DNA of 59,482 nt. Origin: an uncultured Bacilli bacterium (lineage in GTDB: Bacteria; Bacillota_I; Bacilli_A; RF39; UBA660). Positions 30,876 to 40,550 of the stretch are shown in pieces. A model generated the notes under the pieces. That model ran no database searches, was not told the DNA's origin, and worked only from the letters and a program-made list of their open reading frames with translations. The stretch covers positions 1 to 59,482 of the forward strand of contig CANRFG010000005.1 of NCBI GenBank assembly GCA_947629815.1, given 5' to 3'. The first letter of the stretch is position 1; each line of letters begins with the position of its first letter. Both the position numbers and the translations under genes were made by a program.

Positions 30876-31430
30876 ATGTATAAAAAATATATAAAAAGAT
30901 TATTGGATATTATTTTTTCTATAATATTTCTAATTATTTTATTACCACTTAATATAGTAGTAGGAATATTATGTCTTTTTTCTACACAACATATTTTTTA
31001 TAAGCAAAAAAGAGATGGGCTTTATAAAAGAAGTTTTTGGATGTATAAGTTTTCAACTATGAAAGATATAGAAGGAATATATGAAGAAAGAACAACAAAA
31101 GCAACTAGAATTATTCGTAAGCTTGGATTAAATGAAATACCACAACTTTTAAACATTTTAAAAGGAGATATGTCTTTTGTTGGACCAAGACCTTTCATTA
31201 CAGGCGAAAAATTACCTAGTTATCCAAGTGAAATCTTTTATACAGTAAAACCAGGTATAGTTTCTCTAGCTATTTCACATGGAAGAAGAGTTGTAAATCA
31301 TACTAAAAAATTAAAGTATGACGAACAATACGCTAAAAATGTTACTTTTAAACAGGATATAATTATTGTTATTAAATCAATAAAAGTATTAATAACTCAA
31401 AACACAGGAGGTAACCTATGGAAGTATTAA
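30876..31430 (+). CDS. Monotopic phosphoglycosyl ('sugar') transferase homologue with a degenerate active site
   Basis: IKRLLDI, YKFSTM, GLNEIPQLLNILKGDMSFVGPRP, VKPG; the canonical DE dyad is replaced by NE. Confidence 0.8.
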   Translation: MYKKYIKRLLDIIFSIIFLIILLPLNIVVGILCLFSTQHIFYKQKRDGLYKRSFWMYKFSTMKDIEGIYEERTTKATRIIRKLGLNEIPQLLNILKGDMSFVGPRPFITGEKLPSYPSEIFYTVKPGIVSLAISHGRRVVNHTKKLKYDEQYAKNVTFKQDIIIVIKSIKVLITQNTGGNLWKY

Positions 31431-33943
31431 TGAAAAAAATATATGATTATTCTTTAGAGGAAATAATGGGTGAAAGATTTGGAAGATATTCAAAAACAAT
31501 TATTCAAGACCGTGCTCTTCCAGATGTAAGAGATGGATTAAAACCTGTACAAAGAAGAATATTATATGCAATGTATAGAGATAGAAATACATATGATAAA
31601 CCATATAAAAAATCAGCAAAAACAGTAGGAAATGTAATGGGGCAATATCACCCACATGGAGATTCTAGTATATATGAAGCAATGGTAAGAATGAGTCAAT
31701 GGTGGAAACAAAATACAGTTCTTATTGATATGCATGGTAATAATGGTTCAATGGATGGAGATGGGCCAGCTGCTATGCGTTATACAGAAGCTCGTTTATC
31801 TAAAGTAAGTAATGAACTTTTAAAGGATATAGATAAAGGTACAACAACTTGGGCACCTAATTATGATGATACTTTGTTAGAACCTACTGTATTACCAGCT
31901 AAATTTCCAAATTTACTTGTAAATGGCGCAACAGGAATAAGTGCTGGATATGCAACAAATATCCCACCACATAATTTAGGAGAAATAATAGATGCTACAA
32001 TAAAAAGAATAGATTCACCAAATTGTCATGCAGATACAATATTTGATATAGTAAAAGGTCCTGATTTTCCAACAGGAGCAATTGTAGAAGGAAAAGATGG
32101 TATAAGAGAAGCCTTTTCAACAGGTAGAGGAAAAGTAATAGTTAAATCAAAATTAGAAGTTGTAAAAACAAAAGGAAAAGAACAAATAATTATTTCAGAA
32201 ATTCCATTTGAAGTAAATAAAGCTCTTTTAGTTAAGAAAATAGATGAAATAAGAATAGATAAAAAGATAGAAGGAATTGCTGAAGTAAGAGATGAAACAG
32301 ATAGAGAAGGCTTACAAATAGCTATTGATTTAAAAAAAGATGCAGATGCAGAATTGATTTTAAATTATTTATATAAAAATACAGAGTTAATGATTTCATA
32401 TAGTTATAATATGGTTGCTATTGTAAATAGAAGACCTATGACATTAGGAATTGTTGAAATAATAGATGCTTATATAAATCATGAAAAAGATGTAATTTTA
32501 AAAAGAACAGAGTTTGATTTAGATGTCGCTAATAAAAGACTTCATATAGTAGAAGGCTTAATAAAAGCTTTATCTATTTTAGATGAAGTAATCGCAACAA
32601 TTAGAGCTAGTAAAAATAGACAAGATGCATCTATAAATTTAGTAAATAAATTTAAATTCACAGAAGAACAAGCAAAAGCAATACTTGATTTGCAACTTTA
32701 TAGATTAACTAATATAGATGTATTAGATTTAACAGAAGAAAATAAAAAATTATTATTAATTATAAAAAGTTTAAATGAAATATTATCTAATGAAGATAGA
32801 TTAAAAGCAGTTATGAAAGAAGAACTTAGAAATATAAAGAAAGAATATGCTGTACCTAGAAAAACAGAAATAAAAGATGAAGTAACTGAAATAAAAATAG
32901 ATACTGAAAAAATGATTTCTAAGGAAGATGTAGTAGTTGTTGTAACAAAAGAAGGATATGTTAAAAGGGTTTCTAATAGAAGTTATAGCCAAAAAGATGG
33001 AGAAACTTCTTTGAAAGATGGAGATTATGTAATAGGTCTTTATAAGATGAACACATTAGATACTCTAATATTATTTACTGACCTAGGTAATTATTTATAT
33101 ATACCTGTACATGAAATTCCAGATTTAAAATGGAAAGAACTTGGAAAACATGTAAGTAATATAGTAAAATTAAATCCAGATGAAAACATTATTTCAAGTA
33201 TGCCTGTTTATAATTTTGATGATGATATATATGTAACTTTTGTAACAAAAGATGGAATGATTAAAAGAACTAAGTTAAATGAGTTTAAAGTTCAAAGATA
33301 TAATAAAGCTCTTACTGCAATTAAATTAAAAGAAAATGATAAATTAATAAATGCTATTGTAAGTAGTAAAAATCAAATATTTATAGTTACAAAAAATGGA
33401 TTTGGTTTAAGATTTGAATTAAGTGAGGTAACTCCTATTGGTACAAAAGGTGCTGGAGTTAAAGCTATAAGTTTAAAAAATGATGAAGTTGTAAGTTTTT
33501 CATTGTTTGACGATAGTGATGAGTATATAACAATAATTACACAAAAAAATACAGGAAAAAGAATAAGAATTTCAGAATTTGAAAAAATGTCTAGAGCAAG
33601 AAAAGGTATTCAAGTTGTAAGAGATGTTAAAACTAATCCTTATTATATTTTAAATTCATTTATAACAAGTCATAAAGCTAATTTAGTTATGAAGATAGGT
33701 AATGATTTTAATGTAATAAAAAATACGGAATTACCAATAATGGATAGATATTCAACAGGTTCTACTATTTCTAAAACAAATATTGATAAAATATTTGAAG
33801 AGGTTGGTCTTACTGAAAGTATAATTGTAAAAAAAGATGAAACTATAAGTGAAGAAAAAGAAGTAGAATTAGAAAAAATCGATGAAAAAATAATGACAAT
33901 AGATGATTTTTTAGATGATTTTAAAATAAATGGATTAGATTAA
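31418..33943 (+). CDS. parC: DNA topoisomerase IV subunit A
   Basis: IMGERFGRYSK.IIQDRALPDVRDGLKPVQRR, HPHGDSSIYEAMVRMSQ, AAMRYTEAR; RBS AGGAGG. Confidence 0.93.
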   Translation: MEVLMKKIYDYSLEEIMGERFGRYSKTIIQDRALPDVRDGLKPVQRRILYAMYRDRNTYDKPYKKSAKTVGNVMGQYHPHGDSSIYEAMVRMSQWWKQNTVLIDMHGNNGSMDGDGPAAMRYTEARLSKVSNELLKDIDKGTTTWAPNYDDTLLEPTVLPAKFPNLLVNGATGISAGYATNIPPHNLGEIIDATIKRIDSPNCHADTIFDIVKGPDFPTGAIVEGKDGIREAFSTGRGKVIVKSKLEVVKTKGKEQIIISEIPFEVNKALLVKKIDEIRIDKKIEGIAEVRDETDREGLQIAIDLKKDADAELILNYLYKNTELMISYSYNMVAIVNRRPMTLGIVEIIDAYINHEKDVILKRTEFDLDVANKRLHIVEGLIKALSILDEVIATIRASKNRQDASINLVNKFKFTEEQAKAILDLQLYRLTNIDVLDLTEENKKLLLIIKSLNEILSNEDRLKAVMKEELRNIKKEYAVPRKTEIKDEVTEIKIDTEKMISKEDVVVVVTKEGYVKRVSNRSYSQKDGETSLKDGDYVIGLYKMNTLDTLILFTDLGNYLYIPVHEIPDLKWKELGKHVSNIVKLNPDENIISSMPVYNFDDDIYVTFVTKDGMIKRTKLNEFKVQRYNKALTAIKLKENDKLINAIVSSKNQIFIVTKNGFGLRFELSEVTPIGTKGAGVKAISLKNDEVVSFSLFDDSDEYITIITQKNTGKRIRISEFEKMSRARKGIQVVRDVKTNPYYILNSFITSHKANLVMKIGNDFNVIKNTELPIMDRYSTGSTISKTNIDKIFEEVGLTESIIVKKDETISEEKEVELEKIDEKIMTIDDFLDDFKINGLD

Positions 33944-33985
33944 AGAAATAATTAATTTTATTTCTTTTTTGTTTAAATATATTGA

Positions 33986-34014
33986 TTGACAAAAAATTAT
34001 TTTATTTATATAAT
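33986..34014 (+). promoter_or_regulatory. Perfect SigA consensus promoter
   Basis: TTGACA-N17-TATAAT. Confidence 0.85.
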
Positions 34015-34044
34015 TTAGTTAGATATAGTAGAGGAGTTTTAGTA

Positions 34045-36420
34045 ATGAAATGTAATAATTGTGGTTTTGAACATGTTAGTAGTGTAAATTTTTGTGTCAA
34101 TTGTGGTGAAAAAATATATCAAAATATAGATGGTGAAAATAAAACTAGTATTAGATCTACTGAACAACAATATTCTAAAAAAAATAAAAATAACAAAAGA
34201 AATCTATTTATTTTAGGGATTTTATTAATTGTAGTAATTGCCATTATAATATTTATAATATTTTTTAATAAAAAAAATGAATTTGAAGATCCTTTTGAAG
34301 ATATAAGTGATTTAACAATCAATTCGACTACATCTATAAATGATTATAAGACAATAAATTCATTTTCAAAAAAATTAGAAGATGATTATCAAAATGGAAA
34401 GTTATCGAGTGATGATTATGTAATGCAATTAGCATATGCAATATATGATTCTGATAAAATAAATTTGGAATACAAATCTTATAATCCTGATTTTAATGAA
34501 CCTAATCAATTATTTAAAATAGTTCAAGACAAATTGGATGAATTATCTAATGAAACATTAATATATATATTTAAAAAATATGCATTAAGTGATGTTAAAT
34601 GGGATTTCCCTGAAAATGATTCCACTTTAGAAACTAGTAATAAGAATTTATACAATTATAATGCTGTTCCATTAATTAATAGTGATTCAAACTTAAGTAA
34701 ACTTACTGATGTAAAGTTATCAAGTAATGGACATTTTTTAATTTATTATACAAAAGATGGTAAGAATGCTATAACTGATAATGATGCTGAAAATATTTCA
34801 TTGTTTTTAGAGACAATAGTTGATGCTTATAAATCAAAATATGGATTAGATTTTAAATATAAGCCACAATATGATTTGAATAGTCAATTGTCTATTATTA
34901 AAATTTTTTCTAATCAGGGAAAAGTTTCTTCATTATTAGAAAAAAATAATATAGATACTAAGTATATGAATACTGCAATGCCAGTATATATAATTGACAC
35001 TGATTCTGACAAAACAGGAGTATTAGGTTGTTATTTTCCACCATTTCCTTGGTTTTTGGAATCTATAATGGATATATATGGTATTTTTGATGATAGCTTG
35101 GGTGTATTAGAAGATACTTCAATAACAACTTATGCATTTCCATATTTTATAGTAGATTCAAAATTGAATAATTTTGATGATACAAAAATAGTTTTGGCAC
35201 ATGAACTATTCCATCATTATCAAAAATATATTTGTGGTAATGGTAGCTATAGTGAGTGTCCAAGTGGAAATTTTACAGTTGAGACAACTGCCGATGTTGC
35301 TGCAAGTGATGTAGTTGATGTGAATAAAATAGGGACTGCAATAAATGGCCATGCCGGGGTTTATATTACAGATGTTGAGTCAAGTATGGACAAGGTTGGA
35401 TATAAATATGGCGAAAGTAATATAGGATATGGTGCATTTGTTTTTGCTACAAATTATTCTAATCTAGTAGATAATGGTTTTACAAAAGTTTTTAATTCAA
35501 TAAAAAGTGCTAATGCCTTAAAATATTTATATGATAATTCAGATGGGAAGTATAAAGATATATTATTAACTACTGCTGAAAAAAATTTAACTTTAGATTA
35601 TAGTAATAAACTTTTAATTGGAAATTATCAAGGACTTCAATATTATCCATCCAATTATCAAGATATAGGTGTAAATGATATTAAGCAAACAAATAGTATT
35701 GTGTACTCAAGTATGCATTATTACTATATTAATCCTGCAAATTATGATACAAAATCTCAATTAAGTTTTAATGCTAATTCAGATTCTTTGACATTGTTAT
35801 TATTTGTTAAAGAAAATAATTCATATGAATACTTATATTCGCATACCTTAAATAAAGAATTTACAATTGATATTCAAGATTTTAGTTACTATGAACAAGT
35901 CGCATTTGCTATAGTTAATTCAGAGATAAATGGTTCTTTATCTTATACATATGAAATTAACAATAATGGAACAAAAAAACCAACTGTAACTGCTGAATCG
36001 TTAAACCTTAAAAAGATAGATGATATTTCAACTTTTACTTGTAGTAAAATAGAAGAAGATGATCAATATACAACAGTTCAGCAAGTCAAAATCTCGTTTG
36101 ATTCAAAAGATAAAATTTTTAATTTGTTTTTTAAAGGAACAATTCAAATGAAAAATTATGATCCAAATAATCCTACATTTTCTATATCAAAAAAAATTGT
36201 TTCAGGGTTGTTGAAAATCATGCAAAAAAAATATGAAAAACAATTTCAAAATTTCAAGCTTATAACACATGATAAAGATGATAAATATAGTGTAACATTT
36301 AAAATAACTAAAGATTATTATAAGGCATTAAATAATAGTTTTAATATAAATGGTGAAAGCAAAAATGACATAATTAAGTCAATTCGAAATAATGGATTTG
36401 CTTGTGAATATGAAAATTAG
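34045..36420 (+). CDS. Membrane-anchored protein: N-terminal zinc ribbon, one TM helix, extracellular HExxH metallopeptidase-like domain
   Basis: MKCNNCG..FCVNCG, hydrophobic helix, VLAHELFHHYQ followed by VETTAD. RBS GAGGAG before ATG 34045; the track start lies upstream of the promoter. Confidence 0.7.
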   Translation: MKCNNCGFEHVSSVNFCVNCGEKIYQNIDGENKTSIRSTEQQYSKKNKNNKRNLFILGILLIVVIAIIIFIIFFNKKNEFEDPFEDISDLTINSTTSINDYKTINSFSKKLEDDYQNGKLSSDDYVMQLAYAIYDSDKINLEYKSYNPDFNEPNQLFKIVQDKLDELSNETLIYIFKKYALSDVKWDFPENDSTLETSNKNLYNYNAVPLINSDSNLSKLTDVKLSSNGHFLIYYTKDGKNAITDNDAENISLFLETIVDAYKSKYGLDFKYKPQYDLNSQLSIIKIFSNQGKVSSLLEKNNIDTKYMNTAMPVYIIDTDSDKTGVLGCYFPPFPWFLESIMDIYGIFDDSLGVLEDTSITTYAFPYFIVDSKLNNFDDTKIVLAHELFHHYQKYICGNGSYSECPSGNFTVETTADVAASDVVDVNKIGTAINGHAGVYITDVESSMDKVGYKYGESNIGYGAFVFATNYSNLVDNGFTKVFNSIKSANALKYLYDNSDGKYKDILLTTAEKNLTLDYSNKLLIGNYQGLQYYPSNYQDIGVNDIKQTNSIVYSSMHYYYINPANYDTKSQLSFNANSDSLTLLLFVKENNSYEYLYSHTLNKEFTIDIQDFSYYEQVAFAIVNSEINGSLSYTYEINNNGTKKPTVTAESLNLKKIDDISTFTCSKIEEDDQYTTVQQVKISFDSKDKIFNLFFKGTIQMKNYDPNNPTFSISKKIVSGLLKIMQKKYEKQFQNFKLITHDKDDKYSVTFKITKDYYKALNNSFNINGESKNDIIKSIRNNGFACEYEN

Positions 36421-36439
36421 AAAATGGGTTTTCAATAAT

Positions 36440-36470
36440 AAACTATTGGTTTTAAATCAATAGTTTTTAT
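36440..36470 (+). terminator. Terminator hairpin
   Basis: AAACTATTG-N9-CAATAGTTT followed by TT. Confidence 0.6.
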
Positions 36471-36523
36471 TATATTAGTTAAACATTTTAACTAAAAAAC
36501 ATATATTAATATAGGTGATTTAC

Positions 36524-36877
36524 ATGAACAAGAAAGATGAATTCAAAGAATTTGTTAAAAAAAATCCTTCATTAATTAAACATATAAAAACAGGAGATAT
36601 GTCATGGCAAAAATATTATGAAATATACGACTTATATGGAGAAGATGAAAATGCTTGGAAAGATTATATAAAAAAAGAAGAAGTAGTAGATACAGTTGCC
36701 ACTGCTTCAGCAACAGCAGGATTTTTATCTTGGTTAAAGACACTTGATTTGGATTCAATACAAAATGGAGTACAAAGTGTTCAAAGAGTTTTAAGTGTAC
36801 TTGGTGATTTTGGAGCAAAAGACACAAAAAAAGAAGAATATAAACCAAGACCTATGTATAAACATTTCGAAGATTAA
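36524..36877 (+). CDS. ylbD: YlbD-like spore coat protein
   Basis: EFKEFVKKNP.LI....SWQKYYE.Y.LYGED...W; adjacent to ylbE. Confidence 0.8.
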   Translation: MNKKDEFKEFVKKNPSLIKHIKTGDMSWQKYYEIYDLYGEDENAWKDYIKKEEVVDTVATASATAGFLSWLKTLDLDSIQNGVQSVQRVLSVLGDFGAKDTKKEEYKPRPMYKHFED

Positions 36878-37098
36878 TGATTTTAGAACTACAATTTAAA
36901 ATAAAAAATAATCCAAATTATCAAAAGTACATAAGAGAAAACTCATATTGGTATAAAATACTTAATAGGTCACCGGAAATGTTTAAAACATTTGAAGAAG
37001 AAGTAAAACATAATTATAGACTTAAATTTGCAGATAGAGTAGGAGATACATTAAAAACTATTGAAATGATTCAAAATGTACTATCAACATTAAAATAA
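36877..37098 (+). CDS. ylbE: YlbE-like protein
   Basis: YIRENSYWYKILNRSP motif. Confidence 0.8.
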   Translation: MILELQFKIKNNPNYQKYIRENSYWYKILNRSPEMFKTFEEEVKHNYRLKFADRVGDTLKTIEMIQNVLSTLK

Positions 37099-37125
37099 GT
37101 GTGATAAAATTTAATTGGTGGTATT

Positions 37126-37659
37126 ATGAGAATCATAAGTGGAAAATACAAAGGAAAAAAAATAAATGGATTTGATATAGATGGAACAAGACCAACTATG
37201 GATAGAGTAAAAGAATCTTTATTTGCGATGATTCAAAACAATTTAAAAGATAGTATATGCTTAGATTTATTTGCAGGAACAGGTTCACTAGGAATAGAAG
37301 CACTAAGTTGTGGTGCGAAAGAATGTTATTTTGTTGATAATAATATAAAAGTTATAAAAATACTTGAAGAAAATACAAAAACAATAGAAAATTCAATTAT
37401 AATAAAAAATGACTTTGTGAATGCATTACAATATTTTTCTAAACAAAAAATAAAATTCGATATAATATTTTTAGACCCACCTTATAAATTAAACTTGATA
37501 AATCCATCAATAAAAATAATACTTGATAATAATTTACTAAAAGAAAATGGACTTATAATATGTGAATATGAAAGTGAAATCCTTAATATAGAAAACACCT
37601 TAAATATATACAAAGAAAGAAAATATGGAAGTAAAAAAATAGTTATTTTAAAAAAATAA
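37126..37659 (+). CDS. rsmD: 16S rRNA m2G966 methyltransferase
   Basis: MRIISGKYKG, TRPTMDRVKESLF, LDLFAGTGSLGIEALS, FLDPPY. Confidence 0.95.
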   Translation: MRIISGKYKGKKINGFDIDGTRPTMDRVKESLFAMIQNNLKDSICLDLFAGTGSLGIEALSCGAKECYFVDNNIKVIKILEENTKTIENSIIIKNDFVNALQYFSKQKIKFDIIFLDPPYKLNLINPSIKIILDNNLLKENGLIICEYESEILNIENTLNIYKERKYGSKKIVILKK

Positions 37660-37730
37660 TTATTTTTTTTTAAAAGTAAAAAGGAAAAAAATTAAACTTC
37701 TAGTATTTTATTTATAGGAGGTGAAAAAAT

Positions 37731-39800
37731 ATTAAAAAATATCCATTTATAAAACAAGATTCTAACAAAGATTGTGGTTGTGCATGTATAAGTATGATAA
37801 TAAATTATTATAAAGGTAATTTATCAATGGAAAGGATAAGAGAACTTACTAAAACAAATAAAAATGGCACAACTGCATATAACATTGTAGAAGCTTGTAA
37901 ACAAATAGGATTTTCTTCTAAAGGAATAAAAACAAAACTATCAAATATTACAAAAGAAAATATAGTTTTGCCTTGTATCGCACATGTTATAATAGATAAA
38001 AAATTTAAACACTTTATAGTCATATATAAAATAGATTTTAGTAAAAAGCAATTATTAATTGCAGACCCAATGAACAATATCAAAAAACTATCCTTCGCAG
38101 ATTTCGAAAAAATATTCGATGGTATTTTAATAATTCTTTATCCAATAAAAAAATTACCATTTGAGAAAAACATATCATTAACTGAGTTTATTATAAGTGT
38201 GATAAAAATGCATAGGACATTATTATTAAATATTGTAATTTTATCAGTTTTTGTAACTATGTTTTCTATAATTAGTTCATTTTATATAAAATATGTATTA
38301 GATGGATTAAGTAATGTTAATAATTTACTTTTAATATTTTTATTTTTCCTATTCATAAATTTATTTAAAATATTAAGTGATTTCTTTAGAAATAAAATAT
38401 TAATTTATTTAAATCAAAAAATTGATTTAAATCTTACAATAGAAACATTTAAGAAGATAATTTCACTTCCTTATAATTATTATCATTCAAGAACAACAGG
38501 AGATATAATATCAAGAATAAACGACTTGTCAAATGTAAGAAATATGGTAACAAAAGTATCATTATCTTTATTTATTGATTTACCCCTTGCTTTTATAACA
38601 TTTATAATATTTTGCTTTATAAATATAAAGCTATCTTTAATTTCTATAACTATAATAATATTATATCTATTAATAATAATGATATTTAAAAACACAATTA
38701 ACAATAACATTAATAATATTCAAATAAAAAAATCTGAAACAATGACAAATATGATAGAGTCAATAAGTAGTTTTGAAACAGTAAAAGGAATAAGTAATGA
38801 AGAAAAAATAAATACTACATTTGAAAATAAATATGTAAATTTACTAAAAAACACTTTCAAATTTGACAATATAAATAATATAATTTATATACTTAAAGAA
38901 CTCATTAATACTATTGGTTATTTAGTAATTATATTTATAGGTTCTAAAATGGTGATTTCAAATGAAATAACTATAGGAAGTTTGTTAGTATTTATCAATT
39001 TATCAAATTATTTCTTAGAGCCTATGAAAACAATAATAGATTTAAATTCAGAAATAAAAGAAGCAAAAAACTCACTAAAAAGAATTTTAGAAATATTTGT
39101 TGAAGAAAAAGAACTAGGATTTTTAGAAGACATTAAAGCAAATAATATAAATTTTAAAAACTTAAATTATTCGTATGATGACAAAAAATATGTATTAAAA
39201 AACATAAACTTAAAATTAACTAAAGGTAAGATACTAATATTAGGAGAAAGTGGTTCAGGAAAAAGTACATTATTTAAGCTTTTAATGAAATATTACGATG
39301 TACCTAAAAATAAAATTATAATCGATAATAATGATATTAATACATATAAAAAATCTGCTATAAAAAACAACATATCTTATATATCACAAAATGAAAATTT
39401 ATATACAGATTCAGTATTTAATAATTTAAAAATAAATAATAAAATAACAAACGAAGAAATAATAAAAATTTCTAAACTTTGTTATATAGATGAATTTTTA
39501 AATGAATTAGGATTAAATATGTTAATAGAAGAAAATGGTTATAATTTATCAGGAGGTCAAAGACAAAGAATAATTCTTGCTAGGGCACTTTTAAAAAAAT
39601 TTAAAATATTAATAATAGATGAAGGATTAAGTCAAATGGATATAAATCTAGAAAGAAAAATCTTAAAAAATATTTTTGATATTTATAAAAACAAAATGAT
39701 AATAGTTATTTCTCATAGATTAGATAATATGGACCTTTATGATAGAGTAATTGAACTTAAAAATGGACAAGTAATTAAGGATGTGTATAAAAATGGATAA
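37731..39800 (+). CDS. Peptidase C39-containing ABC exporter (PCAT) for double-glycine peptides; probable ATT start
   Basis: The in-frame extension upstream of ATG 37794 gives IKKYPFIKQDSNKDCGCAC (catalytic Q..DCG). HFIVIY and IADP complete the C39 triad. GESGSGKST, LSGGQRQR, IIDE, ISHR. RBS AGGAGGTG lies 7 nt before ATT 37731. Confidence 0.85.
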   Translation: MKKYPFIKQDSNKDCGCACISMIINYYKGNLSMERIRELTKTNKNGTTAYNIVEACKQIGFSSKGIKTKLSNITKENIVLPCIAHVIIDKKFKHFIVIYKIDFSKKQLLIADPMNNIKKLSFADFEKIFDGILIILYPIKKLPFEKNISLTEFIISVIKMHRTLLLNIVILSVFVTMFSIISSFYIKYVLDGLSNVNNLLLIFLFFLFINLFKILSDFFRNKILIYLNQKIDLNLTIETFKKIISLPYNYYHSRTTGDIISRINDLSNVRNMVTKVSLSLFIDLPLAFITFIIFCFINIKLSLISITIIILYLLIIMIFKNTINNNINNIQIKKSETMTNMIESISSFETVKGISNEEKINTTFENKYVNLLKNTFKFDNINNIIYILKELINTIGYLVIIFIGSKMVISNEITIGSLLVFINLSNYFLEPMKTIIDLNSEIKEAKNSLKRILEIFVEEKELGFLEDIKANNINFKNLNYSYDDKKYVLKNINLKLTKGKILILGESGSGKSTLFKLLMKYYDVPKNKIIIDNNDINTYKKSAIKNNISYISQNENLYTDSVFNNLKINNKITNEEIIKISKLCYIDEFLNELGLNMLIEENGYNLSGGQRQRIILARALLKKFKILIIDEGLSQMDINLERKILKNIFDIYKNKMIIVISHRLDNMDLYDRVIELKNGQVIKDVYKNG

Positions 39801-40233
39801 TATAGATATATATAATAATTCAAGTGTAATACTTTCAAGAAAAGTCCCTAAAAAAATAATAAGTTGGGTTACCATATTATGTTCATTTCTCATTTTCATA
39901 ATTATATTTGGAACTTTTATAAAATTTAGTAAATATGAAAATACAATAGGAATAGTAAATGGAAATACACTTACAGTTTTACTTGAACCAAACAAATTAA
40001 ATAACATTAAAAATAAATTATTTATAAAAAATAAACAATATGAATTTAAAGTAAAATCTATCAGTAAAGATTATGTAATATCTAATAATAAAAATTATTA
40101 TGAATTAATATTAGATTTGGATTTAGATGAAGAATATAAGATAAACAATAATATATTAGAAATAAGTATAGAATTAGAAAAAACAACACTATTAAAAGAA
40201 GCACTGAAATTTTTTAAGAAAGGAATGATTTGA
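39793..40233 (+). CDS. Short bitopic accessory secretion protein (truncated HlyD/ComB-like)
   Basis: Overlaps the PCAT stop; one N-terminal TM helix and a beta-rich C-terminus (KVKSISKD...YYEL). Confidence 0.6.
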   Translation: MDNIDIYNNSSVILSRKVPKKIISWVTILCSFLIFIIIFGTFIKFSKYENTIGIVNGNTLTVLLEPNKLNNIKNKLFIKNKQYEFKVKSISKDYVISNNKNYYELILDLDLDEEYKINNNILEISIELEKTTLLKEALKFFKKGMI

Positions 40234-40373
40234 TGCAAAATTTAAGTAAAGAAGAACTTATGAAAGTACAAGGAGGAGGTATTACATTAGGAACAGGTTT
40301 ACTAATAGGAGCAGGAATAGTATTTTTAATAGGAGTAATTGATGGTTATATAAGGCCATTAAGATGCAATTAG
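40233..40373 (+). CDS. Double-glycine leader peptide A (46 aa), class IIb bacteriocin-like
   Basis: MQNLSKEELMKVQGG|GITLGTGLLIGAGIVFLIGVIDGYIRPLRCN; RBS AAAGGA; TGATG coupling to the upstream gene. Confidence 0.9.
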   Translation: MQNLSKEELMKVQGGGITLGTGLLIGAGIVFLIGVIDGYIRPLRCN

Positions 40374-40382
40374 GAGGTGTAT

Positions 40383-40550
40383 ATGTTAGATTTAAATAAA
40401 AAACAATTATTAGAAATAGATGGTGGAAGTACAATATCAGGTGCTTTTATAACCTCTATTATTAAGGGAATAAGCTCTATATTTGATTTAGGTAAAGCCT
40501 TAGGGACTGCTATAAGAAGAATTGGAACTAAAACAATATGTCCGTTATAG
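40383..40550 (+). CDS. Double-glycine leader peptide B (55 aa), class IIb bacteriocin-like
   Basis: MLDLNKKQLLEIDGG|STISGAFITSIIKGISSIFDLGKALGTAIRRIGTKTICPL; RBS AGGAGGTG. Confidence 0.9.
   Translation: MLDLNKKQLLEIDGGSTISGAFITSIIKGISSIFDLGKALGTAIRRIGTKTICPL

Noticed and set aside
28957-33943. Calling the topoisomerase genes gyrB/gyrA
   Set aside because: LMGDKVEPR, RFGRYSK.IIQDRA and SIYEAMVRMSQ are ParE/ParC-type, and no GyrA box was seen
36495-36510. SigE promoter (CATATATT) before ylbD
   Set aside because: The -10 fits but there is no convincing -35; such matches arise by chance in AT-rich DNA
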